40,141 nt of DNA. It comes from a virus. The stretch is taken from IMG/VR virus record IMGVR_UViG_3300033412_000035. One strand, written 5' to 3'. The notes beneath the pieces were generated by a model. The model ran no database searches, was not told where the DNA came from, and saw nothing but the letters and a program-made list of their open reading frames with translations. Positions 32,156-39,221 of this stretch are shown piece by piece. Within the stretch, counting starts at the first letter, position 1. Every line of letters begins with the position of its first letter. The position numbers were made by a program, and so were the translations under genes.

Positions 32156-32611
32156 CTACCCCTTCCGAGGGCGCTGGGCGGCCCCTTCCGTCAGCTCGGG
32201 CAGGATGCCGGCGTCTTCGAGGAAGGCCATCTGCTCCTCGATGACCGCAGGCCAGCCGCGCCGCTCCGGGTCGGCCGCCCGCTTGATGTCGAGCTCGCCT
32301 CCGGCTGGGCCCTGGAAGCCGCGCACGCCGACCAGGGTCAGCGCCACCGCGTGGAGGCCGACCTGGAGGAGGCCGCCGTCCGAGCGGGCGAGCTGGTCGC
32401 CGAGCCAGGCGCGCTGCGTTGGCCGGAGCTGGCGGAAGCGCCAGACGGCCGGCTCGCCGCCACCCTCGCGCCTCGGGACCTGGCTGAAGTCGCCGGTCTC
32501 CTTCGCGCGCTCGTAGGCCTCCGCGAAGCCCTCAGCGGTCTGGTCGAGCGCCGGATCACCCCGGCTAATGAACTCGTAGTCACCCACGAGCGTCTGCGTC
32601 TTGAGCTGCAT
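32156..32611 (-). CDS. Tail assembly chaperone (gpG-like, 151 aa)
   Basis: GAGGGAGG precedes the ATG at 32611. Only the last 151 codons of track ORF 32156-33676 are used. The call rests on position. Confidence 0.55.
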   Translation of the reverse strand: MQLKTQTLVGDYEFISRGDPALDQTAEGFAEAYERAKETGDFSQVPRREGGGEPAVWRFRQLRPTQRAWLGDQLARSDGGLLQVGLHAVALTLVGVRGFQGPAGGELDIKRAADPERRGWPAVIEEQMAFLEDAGILPELTEGAAQRPRKG

Positions 32612-32622
32612 CGCGCCTCCCT

Positions 32623-33867
32623 CTACGCCATCGCGAGCCGCACCGGCGAGGCGGTGAGGTCGGTCGTGGTCGTCCCGCCGAGCTGGGCCTCGAAGGAGAC
32701 GCGCTCGCGGTTGTAGCCCTGGTGGTTGACCTGGATCGGAATCGCCTTGCAGATGGCCAGCCGCGGCCAGTACACGCCGAAACCGCGGCCGTCGGCGCAG
32801 GTCACGCTGTAGCAGGCGTGGTAGAAGACGCGCCCGGTGTTCTCGTCGGTGTCCGCGCGGGCGCGCCAGGTGTCGGGCCCGTCGTTGTCCACAGTGATAT
32901 CGAGCGTCGCCATGCCGGCCTTTCGTCGAGCAGCCTGGATAACCTGGCCCTCGGTGTTGCCGCCCGGCCCCATCAGCCCCTCGCCCGACCAGCCGAGGTC
33001 GAAGCCGATTTCGCGGAGCTTGCTCTCGCTCGAGCGGGTCACGGTGCCGACCGCGGCCCAGGCGAACGAGCCGTTGACGACCGGCGACGAGGCGTGGCGC
33101 TGCGGGACGGTCGCGCTCGGGAAGGTGGTCGAGGCGGTCACGACCGAGGAGACGCCGATCTCGATGGTCACCTCCGGGATCTGGCCCATCGACACGCCGC
33201 TGAACTGCGGGGCCGACAGCGGGAAGCAGCCGCGGAGGTCGTACTGGCCGTTCGAGGTGAGGACCCGGAGCCGGAAGGTGGTCGGGACCTCGAACTGGCT
33301 CGGGGTGAGGCAGTACGGGTAGATCATCTTGCCGGCGTAGAGGACGTCCCCGTTGTTCGGGGCGGCCGGCGCGGCCAGGAGGAGCGTGAGGTTGTTCGTC
33401 GAGTGGGCCGAGACCGGCAGGAACTGGCCGCCGACCCGGCCGTCGCCGATGGACCCGCCCCGGACCAGGGCGCCGGCGACGACGCCGCTCGCCGCGGTCG
33501 TGGTCGGGATGGTCGCCGTGCCGCCGGTGAAGGTCGTCCCGGTCGCCAGCGAGGAGGCGACGTTGCCGACGATCATCCCGAGGAAGGTCGCCAGGTCCGA
33601 GCTCGAGACCGCGCCGGCCTGGGTCGCGCCCATTCCGGTCATGCGCATCTTGAGCGTGACCTTCGCGCCGGTCCACGGCATCCGGACGTGCTGCGTCCCC
33701 TCCCAGGGCCGCTGCTTGACGAACGGGACCGGTTCCATGGCCCGCGAGCAGCCGGACAGGTCCACGGCGGTGATGAGGGGGAGCGCGGTGCCGAAGGTCG
33801 TCGAGACCTCGGCGAACGCAGCCTCCGTGTTGTACTGGACGTCTTGGAGTTCAGCGCTGTAGGTCAC
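32623..33867 (-). CDS. Putative major tail (tube) protein (414 aa)
   Basis: Directly upstream of the chaperone pair and tape measure. Positional call only. Confidence 0.45.
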   Translation of the reverse strand: MTYSAELQDVQYNTEAAFAEVSTTFGTALPLITAVDLSGCSRAMEPVPFVKQRPWEGTQHVRMPWTGAKVTLKMRMTGMGATQAGAVSSSDLATFLGMIVGNVASSLATGTTFTGGTATIPTTTAASGVVAGALVRGGSIGDGRVGGQFLPVSAHSTNNLTLLLAAPAAPNNGDVLYAGKMIYPYCLTPSQFEVPTTFRLRVLTSNGQYDLRGCFPLSAPQFSGVSMGQIPEVTIEIGVSSVVTASTTFPSATVPQRHASSPVVNGSFAWAAVGTVTRSSESKLREIGFDLGWSGEGLMGPGGNTEGQVIQAARRKAGMATLDITVDNDGPDTWRARADTDENTGRVFYHACYSVTCADGRGFGVYWPRLAICKAIPIQVNHQGYNRERVSFEAQLGGTTTTDLTASPVRLAMA

Positions 33868-33882
33868 AGTTCTTTCCTTGGC

Positions 33883-36093
33883 TCAGGCGGCCTTGATCTC
33901 GATGGACAGGAGGAGCGAGAGCGCCGACGTGCCCCAGGTCGGGTTGGCGGTCAGGGCATTGACCGCATCCGCCGTCTCGAGGGAGGCATTCGATAGCGTA
34001 ACCATCACGTCGCTGCGCTCCGTGAACCCAGTCGCCGGCGTCACGTCGCTTTGGTTGGCGGCCGTTGCGACCCCATAGGCGTGAACGTTGAAGGCATTCT
34101 CGAATGCCGCCAGGGTATGGCTCGCCCCAAGAGCGGCGGCTGTCACGGTCTTCTTGATCTGCTGGATGGCACCGCTGCCGTTCGTGCCGCTCGGATCGAT
34201 GTCCCGATAGGCCGCCACCGCCCAGCAGCACGACGTATGGCTGGTCGCATGGGTGATGGTCAGGGCGCCCATGATCGGCGAGCCGCCGCGCGCGCGCAGA
34301 AGCGTGATCCTGCGTGTCGGGTTGGTCGCCGGCAGCGTATCGACCTGCACCCAGGTCAGACCGGCGCCGGTCACGGTCGGGGCTTCAGCGGCGGTATTAT
34401 GGTTCGACTCCACCCAGATGAGGACCAGGTCGTTCGCAGTCGGCGTGATCGCCGCGGTCACGAAGGTCGTGCCGTCGGCGGTGGAGCTTCCGTCCGCGAG
34501 CTTCCCAATGATCGTGATTGGCGTCCGCGGCACCGCGGCGACGGTCACCGAGCGAGTCTTGCTGGAGCGCGCGCCGCCGCTATCGGTCGCCGTGAGCGTG
34601 ACGCTGTAGGTCCCATCCGCCGCGTAGGTGTGGTTCGGGTTCTGGGCCGTGTCGGTCCCGCCGTCGCCGAAGTCCCATGCCCAGGAAACGATGGTCCCGT
34701 CCGGGTCGGTGGACAGGTCCGTGCAGGTAATCCCGAGGCCGTGGCTGTCGAGAGAGAAGTCCGCCGTGGGCGGCTCGTTGGCCGGCGGGATGGCCATGTC
34801 GAAGCCGCGGTCGTATTCCAGCTCGAAGACGAGACGGAGAACGAAGCAGGCCGGCCGCTCGTCGATGTTGGTCGCGACCAGACGGGCGGCGTGGAGTCCG
34901 GTCCCCAGCCGATCGTAGTCGGCGTAGCCGCGCTCGCCGATCGCCGCCCGGATATCGTTGATGTCCCAGTCGATGAGGGTCTCGATGCGAACCCCGTAGC
35001 CGTCGATGAGCTTCGGATAGGCCACGAGGACGGTCTCGCTGTGGCGCACGAGATCCGTGTTCTGGTCGAGGTACTTCTCGTCCTGGTAGTCGAGACCGTG
35101 CACAATCTCGAAGCGACGCAGGGGGTCGATGGCCTGGTCGGCCCACGCAACGAATCCGCCGCCGCCCTCGGCGACGGGATCCCAGGGGCGGAACCGACCG
35201 AGCCCTGCGAGCTTCCTCGGCACCACGGCCCGGAGCGTCGTGACCTGCTGAGCGCGGATCCTCTCCCAGGTCGTCCCGCTGTCGGCGTAGCGCGCCGGCA
35301 TGAGGTCGGCCATGCGGTTGCCGAGCGTGATGAAGGAGTCGGCGTCGTAGTGCTGGACGCCGTCACGCAGCGCGAGATCGTCGGTCGGCGCGAGCGCCAC
35401 GCCTGGCACGAACTGGGCGACGCGTCGCTGGCGTTCGCGCGTGATGTCCGGCGACGTGAGGACGTCGGCCGGGCATAGCTCGTTGATGACGAACGGAACC
35501 GGCCCGTACTCCTGCCGGAACCTCGTGATGAACCATGCCAGCGCTCCGTAGTAGCCGCGCGCCACCGAATCGGAGGCGGAGTCGCCCTCGCCGTGAATCC
35601 AGAAGACGCCCGCGACCCGCGAGCCGGCCGGCAGCTCGGCCAGGCGGGCGTCGATGTACGTCGTCATGTACTCCCACAGGGAGTTGTCGGTGTCCGGCTC
35701 CCAGTACTGGTTGAGATTGGTCCCGCTCGTCGCCTCCTTGAGGAGCGCGATGTTGGTCCCGAACCGCTCGAGCAGCCGCCGTCCGGCCGATAGCTCGATA
35801 CCCATGGCGTTCCCGTAGGGGCCGACTTGGCTGCCCCATCCGGTCGAGACCTGGGCCGGGCCGCCCAAGAAATCCGTCGGGCACTCGCGCTCCTGGGCGT
35901 ACAGCAGGTCGTAGGGCGTCGCGTACCAGGCGTTGCCCGCCGACAGGTCCAGAGAGCTCGCGCCGCCGACCGCGTTGGACTGTCCCGCGATCAGGTAGAC
36001 GTCCAGCGGCCTGGTGCCGACGTCGGTCACGCGGTCACCGCCCGTGCAGGCTGCGAGGACAAGCAGCAACAGGAGTAGCGTCCGCGTCCGCAC
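33883..36093 (-). CDS. Signal-peptide/lipobox SASA-type carbohydrate acetylesterase + PKD domain + C-terminal accessory module (736 aa)
   Basis: MRTRTLLLLLLVLAAC (lipobox LAAC). LIAGQSNAVGG and VFWIHGEGDS are SASA/DUF303-type motifs. The PKD signature VSWAWDFGDGGTDTAQNPNHTYAADGTYSVTLTATDSGG is present. The last 201 aa are paralogous to the other two modules. Confidence 0.7.
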   Translation of the reverse strand: MRTRTLLLLLLVLAACTGGDRVTDVGTRPLDVYLIAGQSNAVGGASSLDLSAGNAWYATPYDLLYAQERECPTDFLGGPAQVSTGWGSQVGPYGNAMGIELSAGRRLLERFGTNIALLKEATSGTNLNQYWEPDTDNSLWEYMTTYIDARLAELPAGSRVAGVFWIHGEGDSASDSVARGYYGALAWFITRFRQEYGPVPFVINELCPADVLTSPDITRERQRRVAQFVPGVALAPTDDLALRDGVQHYDADSFITLGNRMADLMPARYADSGTTWERIRAQQVTTLRAVVPRKLAGLGRFRPWDPVAEGGGGFVAWADQAIDPLRRFEIVHGLDYQDEKYLDQNTDLVRHSETVLVAYPKLIDGYGVRIETLIDWDINDIRAAIGERGYADYDRLGTGLHAARLVATNIDERPACFVLRLVFELEYDRGFDMAIPPANEPPTADFSLDSHGLGITCTDLSTDPDGTIVSWAWDFGDGGTDTAQNPNHTYAADGTYSVTLTATDSGGARSSKTRSVTVAAVPRTPITIIGKLADGSSTADGTTFVTAAITPTANDLVLIWVESNHNTAAEAPTVTGAGLTWVQVDTLPATNPTRRITLLRARGGSPIMGALTITHATSHTSCCWAVAAYRDIDPSGTNGSGAIQQIKKTVTAAALGASHTLAAFENAFNVHAYGVATAANQSDVTPATGFTERSDVMVTLSNASLETADAVNALTANPTWGTSALSLLLSIEIKAA

Positions 36094-36094
36094 A

Positions 36095-36817
36095 TCAGCC
36101 CGCCTTCACCTCGACGGCCACCCAGATGGACGCCGAGGAGGTCGTCCAGCTGGGGTCGGCGCTGTTGTCGTTCACGGCATCGGCCGTCTCTAGCCCGCGG
36201 GATGGCAACGTATGCGAGACGTCTCCGCGCTCTTGGAAGCCAGTCGCTGGCGTCGTCGCCTCGCTGGCGGCGTGCGACACGCCGTAGGCGTGGACGTTGT
36301 TGGAATGCTCGAAGGCAGAGAGCGCGATGGTACAGGTCGTGTTCGCCGAGGCCGAGTTGGCCGTGTTTTGCACGATCGCGCCGCTACCGTTGGTTCCGCT
36401 CGTATCGACGTTCCGGTACTCGACCAGCGACCAGTGGCATCCGGTGGTCGCGTCGCCGGCGCCGAAGGCGATAGCGATCGTCCCAGGGCTCGGAGCGCTC
36501 CCCATGGCCCGATAGAGCACGATGAGCGCGCTCGTTCCCGCGGCCTTCCGGTTCACCTCGACCCAGGTCAGGCCGTTGCCGGTGATGCTCGTCGGGCCGC
36601 TCACCGTCGTGGCCGTCTGCACGACCCAGAGCAACTGGAGCGCGTTAGCCGTCGGCGTGACAGACGCCGTCGTGTAGCTGTTCTGATCGACGTTAGACTC
36701 GCCGGTCGTCAGATGCGCTGGAACGATCGTGGCCCGCCCCTGTCGCGCCGATGCGAACGTGGCCAGCCCAACCGGGTCGCCCCGTGACAGCCAGTCATCG
36801 AGTCCGGTCCGGTTCAC
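36095..36817 (-). CDS. Stand-alone copy of the tail accessory module (240 aa)
   Basis: The GTG overlaps the upstream stop (GTGA). Residues about 42-240 align with the C-termini of the Dit-like and esterase proteins (GLTWV, DTSGTNGSGAIVQ, NVHAYGV, VEVKAG). Confidence 0.65.
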   Translation of the reverse strand: MNRTGLDDWLSRGDPVGLATFASARQGRATIVPAHLTTGESNVDQNSYTTASVTPTANALQLLWVVQTATTVSGPTSITGNGLTWVEVNRKAAGTSALIVLYRAMGSAPSPGTIAIAFGAGDATTGCHWSLVEYRNVDTSGTNGSGAIVQNTANSASANTTCTIALSAFEHSNNVHAYGVSHAASEATTPATGFQERGDVSHTLPSRGLETADAVNDNSADPSWTTSSASIWVAVEVKAG

Positions 36818-37113
36818 GCCGGATCGAGCCTCGCGAGGGAGCAGTCGCCGGCCGTGGTCTGCTGGATGAAGTGAACGAATGCGTTCGTGGTCCCCGAGAC
36901 GTCCGGGTTAGCGAGCGGGATAACCATCCCGGCCTTGACGAAGATGTTGTTGGCCGTGTCGGCGGCGGCGGCTCCCCCGGTGACCGTGACCTTGATCCAG
37001 CAGTCCTGTTCGCAGGTGAAGAGATAGGTCTTGCCGTTATCCATCGGGTTCGTGAACTTCTGCGACGTCCCGCTGGTGGTGCCAACCTGCGTTGATGTGA
37101 TGGCGTAGGGCAC
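36814..37113 (-). CDS. Hypothetical small beta-rich protein (99 aa)
   Basis: GGAGGTGA precedes the GTG at 37113. Confidence 0.55.
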   Translation of the reverse strand: MPYAITSTQVGTTSGTSQKFTNPMDNGKTYLFTCEQDCWIKVTVTGGAAAADTANNIFVKAGMVIPLANPDVSGTTNAFVHFIQQTTAGDCSLARLDPA

Positions 37114-37116
37114 AAA

Positions 37117-38058
37117 TCACCTCCGAAAGATGGGAACGGCCGGGATCACGCCCCCGGCGCCGGTTGCATCGCTGGCGATCGGGACCTTCGGACCGGTCCG
37201 GAAGACCTTCCCCATGAACGCCCCGTACTGTTTCTCGGCGTCGTCCAGCGCAGCGGTGTCGCCGCGGCCGGCGAGCAGACTCATGCGCGCCAGGACGCAA
37301 CCGAATCGGAGGAGCGTGGCTCGATTGACCGCGTCCTGGCCGCGCACCCGGTCGTCGTCGAGGTCGATATCGACCAGGTCCCACCGGAACTGCTCGTAGG
37401 CCTCTTCGAGCAGCCGCCGCCCCTCGTCGCCCTGGTGGAGACCCGGCAGGCGCTGCCGATAGCCCGGGTACATCGCCTCGACGTCGGCCGGGAGGAGCGT
37501 ATGCCCCTTCGGGTAGCGGACGAGGTCGAAGTCCGAGTCGTGGACGTACGTGACCCCGCCGACTACGTAGACCCAACGGACGCGGTAGCCGGGGAATGCG
37601 TCCTGGTCGTCGGTAATCTTGCTCTTGTCCGCGACCCAGGTGGACGAGAGGCCGATGGTGAGGCGGCAGCCCTGGAAGGTGGCGCCGGCGGCGTAGTCGT
37701 TGGCCAGCGGGTCGCGTGCGGTCACCTGCGTCGAGGTCACCGCCTCGACCTCGACGATCTCCGTCTGGCCGCCCGCGTTCGTGACGAGGTACTGGCGGCC
37801 GACGACAATCCCGGTCGTCGAGGTGAGCGTCAGGAGCCGCGGGTTGGTCTGGCTGAGGCCGCTTGCGACGCTGACCGTCGTGTTGACCGAGTCGATGGCC
37901 GCGGTTCCGGTGGTTGCGCTCTCCGTCTGGGCGTCGTCCGCGGCGCCCATCTGATAGACGGTCACGCCCGTCACCGAGCCGGCCTGCCCCTCGGTCGCGT
38001 CCCAGATCAGGCTCTGACCGGTGACCCCGAAGATGATGCTCTGCGACCGACGGCTCAT
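37117..38058 (-). CDS. Hypothetical head-tail region protein (313 aa)
   Basis: The ATG at 38058 overlaps the upstream stop (ATGA). Confidence 0.55.
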   Translation of the reverse strand: MSRRSQSIIFGVTGQSLIWDATEGQAGSVTGVTVYQMGAADDAQTESATTGTAAIDSVNTTVSVASGLSQTNPRLLTLTSTTGIVVGRQYLVTNAGGQTEIVEVEAVTSTQVTARDPLANDYAAGATFQGCRLTIGLSSTWVADKSKITDDQDAFPGYRVRWVYVVGGVTYVHDSDFDLVRYPKGHTLLPADVEAMYPGYRQRLPGLHQGDEGRRLLEEAYEQFRWDLVDIDLDDDRVRGQDAVNRATLLRFGCVLARMSLLAGRGDTAALDDAEKQYGAFMGKVFRTGPKVPIASDATGAGGVIPAVPIFRR

Positions 38059-38633
38059 TTCACCCACCACGGGCCAAAGCGCCCGGTCGAGCGGTCGCAG
38101 ATGTCTTCGATCTTCCGCCGAAGGACTCGCTGCTGGTCGTCCAGCCGGAGCCCGGCGTATTCGCCCTTGCCCCGCTGGTAGTCCTGGAACGTCAGGATGA
38201 AGTCACGCGCCAGGTCGCCGCCCTCGTAGTCGATTTCACGGCTGGGCCGGAACATGCTCTTGGGTTTGACGAGCTGCCCGAGACGGTTCCAGGCCGCCTG
38301 CCACTTCGCGTCCATGCGGCGGAGCGGGGTATCGAGCAGACGGTCCTTCTTGGGCGCCTCCTGCGCGGGGATCGGGCGACGCCAGAACTTCGCTCCGGTC
38401 TCCTGGGCCATGTCCGCGGCCCGGTCGTCGCTGCGGAAGCGCTCGTGCGCGGCCGGCGCCTCGTCCTTGACGGGGGCCGGCTTCGCCTCGCGCAGCACGG
38501 CGTCCGCCTGCGCAAGGTCCTGGTTGACGATGCGCTCGAGCGCGCGCGAGTCCACCTCCGCCCCATGGGAGCGGACCGCCTTGGAGTAGTCCTCCATCAG
38601 CGTGCCCTTCACCCAGTGCGGATCGGCGGTCAC
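38055..38633 (-). CDS. Hypothetical protein (192 aa)
   Basis: The GTG at 38633 overlaps the upstream stop (GTGA). The 5' part of track ORF 38055-39203 was rejected. Confidence 0.45.
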   Translation of the reverse strand: MTADPHWVKGTLMEDYSKAVRSHGAEVDSRALERIVNQDLAQADAVLREAKPAPVKDEAPAAHERFRSDDRAADMAQETGAKFWRRPIPAQEAPKKDRLLDTPLRRMDAKWQAAWNRLGQLVKPKSMFRPSREIDYEGGDLARDFILTFQDYQRGKGEYAGLRLDDQQRVLRRKIEDICDRSTGRFGPWWVK

Positions 38634-39163
38634 TTCGCGTCCTTGTCCTTGCCCTTGGTCCCCTGCGTCATCGCGCGCAGGAGCTCCTGGTGATGGCGCT
38701 CGCGCTGCTCGGCGTCCTTCTCGCCCTGCGCCTTGTAGCGCTCGGCTCGCTCGGCCTCGACGACGCCATGACGCCCGCGCCGCACAGCCACCTCGGCATG
38801 GACGTGCCGGCAGCCCTTGCGGATGTCGTAGGAGCCAGGCTCGCAGGGCTTGCCGTCGCGCACCGTGCCGTCCAGCGACTCGCTCATGAGCTGGCCGGAG
38901 AGCATCAGCGCGAGCGGACAGGTATCGACCGGGAACCAGCCCTGGCCGAGCTTCACGGCCATGATCTGGTTGGCATAGTTGTCCGGGACCACGATGGAGG
39001 CCGCGGTGACGATCGGGACCCGGCACATGTTCCCCTGCGGATCGACCATGTGGCGATGCCGCATCCCCGGGTACTTCTCGACCCGCTTCTCGCCGTCCAC
39101 AAAGATCGTCCGCCGCGGCGGCGACCAGGTGGAGGCATCCATGATGTTGCTCTTGACGTTCAT
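38630..39163 (-). CDS. Hypothetical protein (177 aa)
   Basis: The ATG at 39163 (MNVKSNIMDAS) has GGAAGGGG upstream. The ATG at 39178 has no RBS and abuts the hairpin. Confidence 0.55.
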   Translation of the reverse strand: MNVKSNIMDASTWSPPRRTIFVDGEKRVEKYPGMRHRHMVDPQGNMCRVPIVTAASIVVPDNYANQIMAVKLGQGWFPVDTCPLALMLSGQLMSESLDGTVRDGKPCEPGSYDIRKGCRHVHAEVAVRRGRHGVVEAERAERYKAQGEKDAEQRERHHQELLRAMTQGTKGKDKDAK

Positions 39164-39180
39164 CTCGGCCCCTTCCATGA

Positions 39181-39212
39181 GGCGGGGAGGCCCGGACTGG
39201 CACCTCCCCGCC
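39181..39212 (-). terminator. GC-rich stem-loop immediately after the capsid gene (attenuator or mRNA-stabiliser candidate)
   Basis: GGCGGGGAGG-N12-CCTCCCCGCC: a perfect 10-bp stem starting 10 nt past the capsid stop, with no U tract. Confidence 0.4.
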
Positions 39213-39221
39213 GTGCTTCGA

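Noticed and set aside
32156-33676. 506-aa minus-strand ORF
   Set aside because: Most of it is an out-of-frame shadow over the 414-aa tail tube candidate. Only the last 151 codons, from the RBS-preceded ATG at 32611, look real.
28455-36694. Diversity-generating retroelement acting on the three paralogous modules
   Set aside because: No reverse transcriptase gene exists in the genome, and no near-identical template/variable repeat pair. The copies are diverged throughout, not only at adenine-templated positions.
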